Source: an uncultured archaeon (GTDB lineage: Archaea; Asgardarchaeota; Thorarchaeia; Thorarchaeales; Thorarchaeaceae). Taken from it: a stretch of DNA of 32,000 bases. The notes below the pieces were generated by a model. It was not told the DNA's origin. It was given only the letters and a program-made list of their open reading frames with translations, and made no database searches. The first letter of the stretch is position 1. Each line of letters opens with the position of its first letter. A program made the translations under genes and the position numbers. Positions 9,238 through 17,837 of the stretch are shown here, piece after piece. The stretch spans positions 160,507 to 192,506 of the forward strand of contig CAYHAA010000003.1 in the NCBI GenBank assembly GCA_964354495.1. Reading direction: 5' to 3'.

Positions 9238-10230
9238 ATGTCCTGTGATGGGCCGGTGACGATAGCAGTTGCTGAAGGAGCCCTAGTGGAACTCCGAAGA
9301 ATAGTGAGGGCCTATTCGAACCCGCTCTGCGTTTCAGACGAACTAATTCATTCTCAATACTCAGCCTATCTTGAAAAGGTCACAGGGCAGACCTGTAGAT
9401 GGTTGATGGCGTGTTCCTACTCTCAGAATTCGGTCAGTAACTTCGAAGGCGTAGATATTATCATTGGGTTCGGAGGGGGTACAAGCCTTGATGTTGCAAA
9501 ACTCATCGCAGGAAGAACAGGTCTGAATTGGATATCTGTGCCCACTGCTGCCTCTCATGACGGTATAGCAAGTGAGGTTGCATCTGTGAGTCATGACGGG
9601 TACAAATACTCGGAGAGATGCAAGGGACCCCTTGCTATCATTGCAGATATCTCGATAATCTCGAAGGCGCCGCCAAGATTGAAGTTGGCTGGCCTTGGTG
9701 ATATTATATGTAAGACGTCCAGCCTTGCAGAGTGGAAGCTAGCACATGAAGAGAAGAATGAGCCCTTTGACGAGCAGGCTTACTCAATTGTTGAAAATGC
9801 TCTCAATGCAGTGCTGAGAGATGATAGCATAGAGACTCTAATCCGAGCCGAAATCGATGCAGGCAAGGCTATGACTGTTTTCGGCAGCTCACGACCATGT
9901 TCTGGTACTGAACATGCAATCTCACACGCAATGGACCGAACATCTAGAGAGCTCCACGGTCTTCAGGTTGCATTTGCAACACCGATATGTCTGTACTATC
10001 TTGCGGAGGCAGGGTATGCAGAACATAGACCGGATGAAATTCGTGAGTTCATGTCAGCTCGGCATATGCCTACGACATTCAAAGAGATTAGGAGCACGCA
10101 GACAGCGTTCTTGGATGATATTCATCATGCCATGAAAATCATGAAGAAAAGGGGCCGGTATTCGGTCTTGGAACACCTCCATGTTGACGATTCTGATCTA
10201 TCAAGTTCATTACTGAACCTAGGTTATTGA
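9238..10230 (+). CDS. egsA: sn-glycerol-1-phosphate dehydrogenase
   Basis: GFGGGTSLDVAK, VPTAASHDGIAS, AGLGDI, SRPCSGTEHAISHA, LHGLQV. Confidence 0.9.
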   Translation: MSCDGPVTIAVAEGALVELRRIVRAYSNPLCVSDELIHSQYSAYLEKVTGQTCRWLMACSYSQNSVSNFEGVDIIIGFGGGTSLDVAKLIAGRTGLNWISVPTAASHDGIASEVASVSHDGYKYSERCKGPLAIIADISIISKAPPRLKLAGLGDIICKTSSLAEWKLAHEEKNEPFDEQAYSIVENALNAVLRDDSIETLIRAEIDAGKAMTVFGSSRPCSGTEHAISHAMDRTSRELHGLQVAFATPICLYYLAEAGYAEHRPDEIREFMSARHMPTTFKEIRSTQTAFLDDIHHAMKIMKKRGRYSVLEHLHVDDSDLSSSLLNLGY

Positions 10231-10302
10231 TGGTTCGACAGTTTTAAAAGAAGTCAACGAAACCACGCAGTGGAGCCTGATTCTCATAGAACAGGCACAG
10301 CA

Positions 10303-10328
10303 TACCGATGAAGAGATAAACCGAGGTA
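10303..10328 (+). promoter_or_regulatory. K-turn/K-loop in the rpl7ae 5' UTR overlapping the SD sequence
   Basis: TACC-GAT-GA...GA-GGTA: 4-bp stem, 3-nt bulge, tandem sheared G.A pairs. It covers SD GAGGT; TATA-like TTTTAAAA lies near 10242. Confidence 0.72.
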
Positions 10329-10329
10329 A

Positions 10330-10707
10330 ATGGTAATGCCAAAACCAAGTTTTGTTGAATGGGAGCCCACTGAGGAACTTCAGAAGAAGGCCCTTGAGGC
10401 TCTTGAGATAGCTAAGGACACAGGTAGAATCAAGAAGGGAATCAACGAAGCCACAAAGAGTATCGAGCGAGGAATTGCACGACTGGTTCTCATTGCGGAA
10501 GACGTTGAGCCACCCGAAATCATCATGTATCTTCCTGGTCTCTGTGACGATAAGAAAGCCCCCTACATCTTTGTGAAGACCAAGGCAGATCTTGGCAAGG
10601 CAGCCGGAATTGAGAGACCTACTGCTGCCATTGCAATCATAGTAGACGGCAAAGCAAAGGCGCTGGTAGACGATATCGTCGAGAAGATCAACGGCCTCCG
10701 AAAGTAG
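10330..10707 (+). CDS. rpl7ae: 50S ribosomal protein eL8 / L7Ae
   Basis: [30 protein letters not shown]. Confidence 0.97.
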   Translation: MVMPKPSFVEWEPTEELQKKALEALEIAKDTGRIKKGINEATKSIERGIARLVLIAEDVEPPEIIMYLPGLCDDKKAPYIFVKTKADLGKAAGIERPTAAIAIIVDGKAKALVDDIVEKINGLRK

Positions 10708-10726
10708 ATTCAGGGGATGGCTTTCG

Positions 10727-10951
10727 ATGAGTAAAGATGAAGAAGTGACTCAATCAATTCCCGCAGAAATCATCCAGCTTCTAGGACGAACTGGTGTGAC
10801 TGGAGAAATCACTCAGGTACGTGTCAAGATATTGGATGGCAGGGACAAGGGAAGAGTCCTAACTCGAAATGTCAAAGGGCCCGTAAGAGAGGGTGACATT
10901 CTCATTCTGAGAGAGACAGAACGCGAAGCCCGAAAAATGAGGAGGCGCTAG
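10727..10951 (+). CDS. rps28e: 30S ribosomal protein eS28
   Basis: [27 protein letters not shown]. Confidence 0.97.
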   Translation: MSKDEEVTQSIPAEIIQLLGRTGVTGEITQVRVKILDGRDKGRVLTRNVKGPVREGDILILRETEREARKMRRR

Positions 10952-10952
10952 G

Positions 10953-11150
10953 ATGGTCGGAACACAGCGATGTAGTTTCTGTGGAAAAGACATAGAGCCT
11001 GGAACAGGAATAGCCTATGTACAGACCAAGGACGGGTCTGTTTCTTGGTTCTGTTCCAATAAGTGCAAAGTAAACAGGATTTCGCGGGGTTTCAAACCCA
11101 AAGATACAAAGTGGACCGCCGGATATGAAAAGGGCGGCAGAGTATCATAA
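10953..11150 (+). CDS. rpl24e: 50S ribosomal protein eL24
   Basis: CSFCGKDIEPGTG, FCSNKC, KWT. Confidence 0.96.
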   Translation: MVGTQRCSFCGKDIEPGTGIAYVQTKDGSVSWFCSNKCKVNRISRGFKPKDTKWTAGYEKGGRVS

Positions 11151-11179
11151 TTGATGTATTACTGAAAGAATGGAACCAA

Positions 11180-11197
11180 AGGTGGCCTCTGCCACCT
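11180..11197. terminator. Hairpin between convergent rpl24e and ndk
   Basis: AGGTGGC-CTCT-GCCACCT, perfect 7-bp stem. Confidence 0.55.
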
Positions 11198-11204
11198 GAG
11201 GTTT

Positions 11205-11870
11205 CTACTTCGATTTTTCTACTTCTTCTCTCACAAAGTCAAAGACTGCCTTTGCAAGAGCGTTGGTTTCCTTCTGGTGGATGCCTGCTGCGTCCTTCCC
11301 GAACAGGTCCTTCAGCAAGCGAAGAGTCTTTCTGGACACGTTTCTGTCTTCAATGGCGTTCTTCACCACTTCACGGAGTTTCATGGTATAGTCAATGTCG
11401 CCATCGATGTACTGGTCGATGTAGGTACGAGCGGACACTTCTGCTCTTGGATCTTCTACAAGACCTCCCTCAGATGTCCAGAGCGCAATCTCAGATGCCG
11501 CGGTTTCTGGTGCATCTGATGCGTGTGCAATATTGATTCCAGCCCAGATGCCATATTTGCCTCTCAAGGAATCTGGTGCAGCCTTTTGGACAAAGGTCGC
11601 ACCCAAGGCATTTCGAACACCCTGGATAACACCATCAGCCTCAAAGATCATGGCTATCACAGGGGCCGAGCAAATGAAACTTACGAGCCAAGGGAAAAAG
11701 GGCTTCTCTCTGTGGACAGCATAGTGTATCTTTGCCAGAAACTCAGACACCTTCATCTCTCGAAAAGCTACTAGCTTGTATCCTCGGTCAAGGAGTGCCT
11801 GTAGCACCAGGGCGCTCACCCGCCGTCTTGCAGTACCATCGGGTTTGATAATCACAAGGGACCGTTCCAA
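11205..11870 (-). CDS. ndk: Nucleoside diphosphate kinase with a C-terminal extension of about 85 aa
   Basis: ERSLVIIKPDG, HYAVHREKPFF, SLRGKYG, NIAHASD (catalytic His); TTG start after SD GGTGAT. Confidence 0.92.
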   Translation of the reverse strand: MERSLVIIKPDGTARRRVSALVLQALLDRGYKLVAFREMKVSEFLAKIHYAVHREKPFFPWLVSFICSAPVIAMIFEADGVIQGVRNALGATFVQKAAPDSLRGKYGIWAGINIAHASDAPETAASEIALWTSEGGLVEDPRAEVSARTYIDQYIDGDIDYTMKLREVVKNAIEDRNVSRKTLRLLKDLFGKDAAGIHQKETNALAKAVFDFVREEVEKSK

Positions 11871-11926
11871 ATTGAATCACCATCTTTGATTACGCGAGAA
11901 CTGTATCCACAGGCTCCGGCAGAATA

Positions 11927-11958
11927 GGTGCTGAATATAATCCATTTCATTCAGCACC
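11927..11958. repeat. 10-bp perfect inverted repeat in the divergent ndk/infB intergenic region
   Basis: GGTGCTGAAT (11927-11936), 12-nt spacer, ATTCAGCACC (11949-11958). Confidence 0.75.
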
Positions 11959-12052
11959 GAACAGAACCAAGAATGCAATTCAGAGGGACAACGTATGAAA
12001 CGACACTTTCATAACGCATTTACTGTGACCTCAGGCAGTCCTTCCATGGGGT

Positions 12053-13840
12053 GTGCTGATGGCCGAGTCTGGAAAACTACGTTCCCCAATTGTGACAGTC
12101 CTTGGTCACATCGATCACGGAAAGACCTCTCTCCTTGATAAGATGCGTGGGACTGCAGTCCAAGCTAGGGAAGTAGGAGGAATGACACAGCATATAGGTG
12201 CATCTTTCTTTCCAACCGAAACAATTCTCTCAATCTGTGGCACTCTGCTCAATGCGGTTAAGACTGAATTGACTATTGATGGTCTACTGTTCATTGACAC
12301 ACCTGGTCATGAAGCATATCTGAATCTGAGAAGACGAGGCGGAGCCATTGCAGACATCGCAATACTAGTCATTGATATCAACGAAGGTCTTCTAAGTCAG
12401 TCATATGAGTCCCTGAAGATACTCATGTCTGGCAAGACACCGTTTCTCATTGCTGCAAACAAGCTTGACAAGGTCCCAGGGTGGATAGACAGAGAGAAAT
12501 TGTCACTTTTTCAAACCATCAAAGCCCAGACCATGTCAGTACAGACCGAGGTCGATAGAAGAATATACGAGATTGTGGGCTCACTCTCTGCAAATGGTAT
12601 CCAATCAGAGCGATTCGACCGGGTGAAGGACTTCACCAAGACTGTGGCCATAGTACCGACGAGCGCCAAGACTGGAACAGGAATTCCAGAGCTTCTGATG
12701 GTCCTCTCTGGGCTGACTCAGCAGTACATGAAGGAAAGGCTCAAGATATCGAGAGGGCCCGCAAAGGGCGCAATTCTTGAAGTCAGAGAGGAAACAGGTC
12801 TGGGTGTCACACTAGACACGATCATCTATGACGGTGTTCTGAGAAAGACAGACACAGTAGTCATTGGTGGTCTCTCTGGAGTGATAGTGGCAAAAATCAG
12901 AGCTCTGTTGCTCCCCAAGCCATTAGATGAGATTCGAGATCCAAGAGAGAAGTTCACTCAGGTAGATGTGGTCTATGCGGCAGCAGGTGTCAAAATTGTA
13001 GCTCCTGATATCGAGGGAGCAGTAGCAGGGGCGCCAGTCTATGCAGTGTCCGACCCCGAGAGACTTGAAGAAATCAAGCAGAAAGTAAAGGACGAGTTGA
13101 AGTCAATTCGAATTAAGACAGACAAATCTGGTATTGTGTTGAAAGCTGATGCATTGGGGTCCCTTGAGGCGGTGACGCAGTTCCTGCAGGAGAGACAGGT
13201 CCCTGTGCGTTCAGCAGATGTGGGCCCCATTGTGAAACGAGATGTCATCGAGGGACATGCCTCGGGCGATAGCGACCCGCTCAACGCAGTGGTCTTGGGA
13301 TTCAATGTGAAGATTACGCCAGAGATAGAGGACTTGGCAGCTGAACTGGGCGTCGAGATATTCATGAATGAGGTGATCTTTCGGTTATATGATGAGTACT
13401 ACGCATGGCTCATTGTTAAGAGAGAACAGGCAAAAGCCGAGTCGCTAGGTGCAATCATCAGACCCGGCAAGATTGAACTGATGCCCGAGTATGTCTTTAG
13501 ACACAACAATCCAGCAGTTGTAGGCGTCAAGGTCCACGGTATAGTCAAACCAAAAGCGGTACTAATCAACGGGGAGGGGAAGAGGATAGGCACTATTCTT
13601 CAGATACAGGACCGTAGCGTGCCTATTGGTGAGGCCATAGAGGGGATGGAAGTCGCTGTTTCAATTCGTGGCCCCACCGTTGGAAGACAACTGAAAAGCA
13701 GTGATATCCTGTATGTCGATATACCTGACAAACAAATACTAGCTATAAGAAAGAAGTTCATCGACGAACTCTCTCCAACAGAGAAGACAGTGTTAGAAGA
13801 ACTCACCGCAATCAAGAGGTCTGTTGGGTCATTAATATGA
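12053..13840 (+). CDS. infB: Translation initiation factor aIF5B / IF-2
   Basis: LRSPIVTVLGHIDHGKTSLLD, TQHIGA, FIDTPGHE, AANKLD. Confidence 0.97.
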   Translation: MLMAESGKLRSPIVTVLGHIDHGKTSLLDKMRGTAVQAREVGGMTQHIGASFFPTETILSICGTLLNAVKTELTIDGLLFIDTPGHEAYLNLRRRGGAIADIAILVIDINEGLLSQSYESLKILMSGKTPFLIAANKLDKVPGWIDREKLSLFQTIKAQTMSVQTEVDRRIYEIVGSLSANGIQSERFDRVKDFTKTVAIVPTSAKTGTGIPELLMVLSGLTQQYMKERLKISRGPAKGAILEVREETGLGVTLDTIIYDGVLRKTDTVVIGGLSGVIVAKIRALLLPKPLDEIRDPREKFTQVDVVYAAAGVKIVAPDIEGAVAGAPVYAVSDPERLEEIKQKVKDELKSIRIKTDKSGIVLKADALGSLEAVTQFLQERQVPVRSADVGPIVKRDVIEGHASGDSDPLNAVVLGFNVKITPEIEDLAAELGVEIFMNEVIFRLYDEYYAWLIVKREQAKAESLGAIIRPGKIELMPEYVFRHNNPAVVGVKVHGIVKPKAVLINGEGKRIGTILQIQDRSVPIGEAIEGMEVAVSIRGPTVGRQLKSSDILYVDIPDKQILAIRKKFIDELSPTEKTVLEELTAIKRSVGSLI

Positions 13841-13889
13841 TTCTGTCATCATCGGCAATGTTTTTAGGCTATCGCTAGAAGGGTCATAT

Positions 13890-14089
13890 TGCGACGGGTA
13901 GGGCTGGGTCGTTTGCCGCGACCTGTCACCGGTAATGGCAATAGCTGGAGCCAGTAACCAACATCAAGGATGAACCAGAACATCGGTGGGTCCAGTCGCA
14001 GGACGTTGACGTGCGGTCTCTTGAGTCTGTCACGGACAAAGCAGCATTCGTAGGTCTGCTGTGATTGTCATAGACTTTCGAACAGGGTT
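13890..14089 (+). ncRNA. 5' half of a split SRP (7S) RNA gene: Alu domain, helix 5 5' strand, helix 6, start of helix 8
   Basis: First ~69 nt differ from the intact copy at about 5 positions. Homology continues to ...GAACAGGGTT, then stops. TATA-like TTTTTA at 13861-13866. Confidence 0.88.
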
Positions 14090-14380
14090 TGACTGTTTTG
14101 GTTCAATCCATCCAAGTGTGCTGAAAAACTCGTATGTTGAAGGGTTCAAACCATTTTGTAGAAGTGAGGTTTTGAGTAGTCTTTTGCCTGACAATCGTAG
14201 CGAACTCTTGTCCATTGATACGCCAGCTAAGGTACTCCAGTCAATTATCCTTTCACGGCGGCGCTTCTATGTGTTCTGACACCTTCATTGATAGACTATG
14301 ACAATATTCAAATTTGTAGTTAATTATCCATATGTAAACAGGATTCATATCACTTGAAGCGTGAATACATGGGGGTTATT

Positions 14381-14518
14381 ATGATGCAGTTTAATGATAC
14401 TCTTCTTGACAGGCTCTATGCACATGTGAAGGCTTGGAAACGTAGAAACTGGTTGGTACCAGTCTTAGTAATACTACTGCTAATTATGGGTTTGTTTCCC
14501 AGTGTTGTTCTCTTCTGA
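14381..14518 (+). CDS. Putative 45-aa membrane microprotein (below the ORF-track cutoff)
   Basis: MMQFNDTLLDRLYAHVKAWKRRNWLVPVLVILLLIMGLFPSVVLF: basic patch then a C-terminal hydrophobic helix; SD-like GGGGGT upstream. Confidence 0.4.
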   Translation: MMQFNDTLLDRLYAHVKAWKRRNWLVPVLVILLLIMGLFPSVVLF

Positions 14519-14536
14519 TATGAATGTAGATGAATA

Positions 14537-14851
14537 CTAGGATGGAATTATGTGAATCCTGATGCTATAATAGTCTCCACTATAATCCAAGACAGATATC
14601 TTCACATAGTACAAGCCCTCGTAGGTCGTTACATGACCAGCAATCGCATGATTGTCAATATAGTACCATGAATATTGGAGAACATGCAAAGCATAGTCTA
14701 GAATCCAGATTATAGTGATTTTGTTCAGGAAACTTTCTTCCCGTGGATACTTGGTGGGAATCCTGCGCTTATCCTTTCGAACTACTAGAAGAATGGTAAC
14801 CAGACTCCCGATATTATCAGAAGCTGTACCCAGAACACAGGGTTTCTCCAA
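14537..14851 (-). pseudogene. Possible degraded fragment of a secreted or membrane protein gene
   Basis: TTG-start ORF of 104 aa. An overlapping frame reads NWRNPVFWVQLLIISGVWLPFF* (hydrophobic), suggesting frameshifts. No recognisable motif. Confidence 0.25.
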
Positions 14852-14909
14852 TTCTAATTAACCAAGGTAGACTCATTCAGAAGCATCTTAAATTTCGTAA
14901 CAAATGAGG

Positions 14910-15225
14910 TGCGACGGCCCTTCCACTCCGATTGTCGATTGCTCTAAGGCAAACCCACTTCATTTCTCAGAGCGGCACCCTCTGAGGCTCCACACCTTGG
15001 CCTTAGGGCTGCTCCCGCCAGGGTCTGGCCCGTTTCGGTCATCTAAGCACGCTCACAACAAACCTACGAATGTTGCTGCGGCCGATACAGACTTCAGAGA
15101 CCACCCGTCACAGTCTTGCAATGGACCAAAGAGGTCCTCGGTTCAACCTCGGTGATTGTTACTGGTTCCGGCTATTGCCATTCCGGTCACAGGTCGCGGC
15201 AAACGACCCAACCCTACCCGTCGCA
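14910..15225 (-). ncRNA. ffs: Intact archaeal SRP (7S) RNA, about 316 nt
   Basis: Helix 1 TGCGACGG/CCGTCGCA; Alu-domain CCTGTGACCGG...GCAATAGCCGG; helix 8 GGGCCAGACCC-TGGC-GGGAGCAGCCC; TATA-like CTTAAT about 25 nt upstream. Confidence 0.92.
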
Positions 15226-15327
15226 TGATGAGTTCTCTATCTTGAGGAATTAAGGCTTACGGAAAGCCCAACTCCTAAACAGTCTATGCAAATGTTTATT
15301 CAAATTCAATAATGGGATTCATACGAA

Positions 15328-15897
15328 TCATCTGGAGAGGAACTGAGTACTCATTTGTCTATCGAATAATCTGTCCAAGATGCTTCCATTCTTTTTGAAT
15401 AACTGATATATGAAGATGATAGCCATCGGACTGATCAGGATGAGTCCAATATAGATGAAAGACATTCGAGGACGTGCAGACAGCCCGCCTCGGATGATGC
15501 GAGGTTGATTATAGGGATGTGAGAGAACCCCCCCATAAATCCCAGGGTGCGGGAAGTGGACAACCCCTTGATATTCAGTAATATTTTCAAGAATAAAAAT
15601 CGGTTCAATACCCTCCAAGATTCCTGTCTCGAGGATTTGGTTCAGATCCGTGGAGTTGACTATGAAGAATGAGAAAAGACTCACATTGTCACCACTTTCC
15701 AGCCAAAGGTTCATGTCATCCGTAACAAAGAAACAACTTGCCTCGTAAGTATCTGGAAGTACAAACCCTGATATTTCACCATGTGCTGGAATGAGGAATG
15801 ACATGACCAGTAAGAGAACACCAACCACAGATACGAGCCTTGCCAAGGATATGATAGATTTCATAGATTCTAGACCTCCATTCTCTTGAAGAGCCAC
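15328..15897 (-). CDS. Hypothetical membrane protein (N-terminal signal/TM and C-terminal TM)
   Basis: Hydrophobic segments at both ends; co-directional with the ABC genes; probable start MKSIISL near 15864. Confidence 0.7.
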   Translation of the reverse strand: MALQENGGLESMKSIISLARLVSVVGVLLLVMSFLIPAHGEISGFVLPDTYEASCFFVTDDMNLWLESGDNVSLFSFFIVNSTDLNQILETGILEGIEPIFILENITEYQGVVHFPHPGIYGGVLSHPYNQPRIIRGGLSARPRMSFIYIGLILISPMAIIFIYQLFKKNGSILDRLFDRQMSTQFLSR

Positions 15898-16697
15898 ACC
15901 GAGAGGGATAGAAGCAGGACAACCATAACTGAAAGAAGAGCTACAAAGCTAAGCACTATTTCGATTGTTGGTACATTACTTAGTATAATTGGAAGTAAAC
16001 CGCTGGAGCTTTCTCCATATAGATAACGGGATATGAATATCATAGGATTCCCTATCCAACGAAGGATTTCTGGAGTGGCTATTGAATAGGAAGATGACAT
16101 TAAGCTGAACCACACTACGACGCCTCCAAGTGCGGAAACAATCATTCTCTTTGTGATTATCGCAAGGAAGACTGTTGATGTGATAATCATCAGAAGCGCT
16201 AGCCAAAAAACACCGAATAGTAAAATGCACGCTCCGAGGTTCCATGGTGCAGGAACCATAAGAAGCACAGCAAGAAGGACAGAGAATGTTACACAGGTTC
16301 CTATGATGACCGTTGGTACAACAGTTCTCATAATCAGCAGTTGCCAACGTTTTACTGGATATGATAGAATGGTCCGAAATGAATTATCCTCGAAAGATTT
16401 TGCTGTTGTGAAAGCCACTAGGAGTGGTACGATGAAAATGAGCATCGCCCAGAGTTGCTCCAGAGCTTGCGCCACTTCAAAGGTGGTGAAGATGTTGACA
16501 TAAGACAAGAAAATCTCTGTCGATTCAATTCCGGCTCCAACTGTGAAAGACAAGGTCCAACCCATCCAGTTGGAAACAGCATTAAATGAGAAATAAAGGA
16601 ACACCACAATAAGAATCTCTACTAAAGGCGACCGATAGGTATGACGAAAGTCCAGTCGTGTCACATCTAACCATTCTCTTCTCTTGACTTTACTCAT
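15870..16697 (-). CDS. ABC-2 type transporter permease
   Basis: About 6 TM segments; SFEDNSFRTILSYPVKRWQLL matches the ABC-2 E..G..R.LL..P..R pattern. Confidence 0.85.
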   Translation of the reverse strand: MSKVKRREWLDVTRLDFRHTYRSPLVEILIVVFLYFSFNAVSNWMGWTLSFTVGAGIESTEIFLSYVNIFTTFEVAQALEQLWAMLIFIVPLLVAFTTAKSFEDNSFRTILSYPVKRWQLLIMRTVVPTVIIGTCVTFSVLLAVLLMVPAPWNLGACILLFGVFWLALLMIITSTVFLAIITKRMIVSALGGVVVWFSLMSSSYSIATPEILRWIGNPMIFISRYLYGESSSGLLPIILSNVPTIEIVLSFVALLSVMVVLLLSLSVWLFKRMEV

Positions 16698-17622
16698 TCT
16701 TCACAACCTCCCTGTATACCTCTTCAAGTGTTGAGGCTTTTTCAATTGCATAGACGGTTATACCTAGAGTTTCAGCAAGGACATCCAGTTCATGCTTCAC
16801 TAAGTCGATATCTCCCGTACCAAGCGTTATGGTGAGGGTGTTGGCACCGCTTACAGTGCTTGATGTGATTTCCTCCGAGTGAATGGACTCCCGTAGTCGT
16901 TTGGGTTCAGTGCAAACCACTCTGAATGTTCTTTGTGTCCATTGCTGAATGATATTTCTCACACTTCCACTCTCGATTATCTTGCCATCTTTGATGAAGG
17001 CAACATTGTGGCAAGCCTTTTCCAGCTCTGAGAGGATGTGGGAGGAAATGAAGAAGGAGATCCCCATATCGGTGTTGAGATCGACAATAAGTCGGATGAT
17101 ATCATCGCGCCCTGTGACATCGAGGTTGGATGTTGGTTCATCAAGAAATACCAGTTCAGGATTCCCTATCAGTGCCTGCGCGATTCCTAAGCGCTGGTTC
17201 ATTCCTGCCGACAACTCGCCAATCTCTCTATCATGCGCTTCATCAAGACCTACTAGGGCGAGTAAATCTTTTGCATCGCGTTCACTTCGATAGATTCGTT
17301 TGACTCCCTGTAGATATTCGATAGTGGTGGCTGCTGGCAGAAATGATGGTCTTTCGTGAAGTACACCTATGCGGCGTCTGATCTCAAGGCTCTGTGTTTG
17401 CACATCCAGACCTAGAACCCTTGCTTCTCCGCTATCAAGGTGAGCAAGCCCAAGCAGTATACGCAGAAGTGTGGTCTTTCCAGCGCCATTAGGGCCAATC
17501 AACCCGAAAATGCATGGTTCAACTGATAGGTCTACACCATCAAGTGCTTGGACTCTCCGAAAGCTCTTCTTCAGTCCTGATACTTCAATTATAGAAGAAT
17601 TAGCAGACATCGTTACTGCCAC
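16690..17622 (-). CDS. ABC transporter ATP-binding protein
   Basis: Walker A GPNGAGKTT, signature LSAGM, Walker B VFLDEPT, SSH switch. Confidence 0.95.
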   Translation of the reverse strand: MAVTMSANSSIIEVSGLKKSFRRVQALDGVDLSVEPCIFGLIGPNGAGKTTLLRILLGLAHLDSGEARVLGLDVQTQSLEIRRRIGVLHERPSFLPAATTIEYLQGVKRIYRSERDAKDLLALVGLDEAHDREIGELSAGMNQRLGIAQALIGNPELVFLDEPTSNLDVTGRDDIIRLIVDLNTDMGISFFISSHILSELEKACHNVAFIKDGKIIESGSVRNIIQQWTQRTFRVVCTEPKRLRESIHSEEITSSTVSGANTLTITLGTGDIDLVKHELDVLAETLGITVYAIEKASTLEEVYREVVKNE

Positions 17623-17700
17623 TCCAAACCATACGACTGTTTCTACAAATGTTAGTATGATACTTATCTCTTTCGAAAAGAATCCTTATTCGATTCCCAA

Positions 17701-17816
17701 AGGCCCTGGCGGGAACAGCCCTAAGGAAGAGCGATGGAGCCCAAGAGAGAGCCGCATTGAGAAATGCACTGATTTGCCTTCGGACTACCGACATTCGAAA
17801 TCGAGGGGCCGTCGCA
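17701..17816 (+). ncRNA. 3' half of the split SRP RNA gene: rest of helix 8, helix 5 3' strand, helix 1 3' strand
   Basis: AGGCCC-TGGC-GGGAACAGCCCTAAGG...GGGCCGTCGCACCTC is colinear with the 3' part of the intact copy and pairs with 13890-14089. Confidence 0.88.
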
Positions 17817-17837
17817 CCTCTTCTTGGCCATGATACG

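Noticed and set aside
14086-14109. 24-nt hairpin after the SRP 5' half mimicking helix 8
   Set aside because: The length matches but pairing is weak and the SRP54 motif is absent; real helix 8 sequence resumes at 17701.
14904-15155. 83-aa ORF, and ORFs 17471-17833, 17600-17887, 14061-14279 and 14030-14215
   Set aside because: They overlap SRP RNA sequence or real genes and have no motifs. A faint winged-helix look in 14030-14215 is too weak to call.
14075-17677. 8-bp direct repeat CTTTCGAA (14075 and 17670) as a target-site duplication
   Set aside because: The copies lie at different distances from the homology breakpoints and do not flank the insert; an 8-mer match is plausible by chance.
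14080-17706. The 3.6-kb insert as a giant BHB intron of the split SRP RNA
   Set aside because: The best register (GGGT/TCCC, bulges TT|G and AA|A) has a mismatched central helix and poor flanking stems, and would leave one extra nucleotide in helix 8. Not supported, though not formally excluded.
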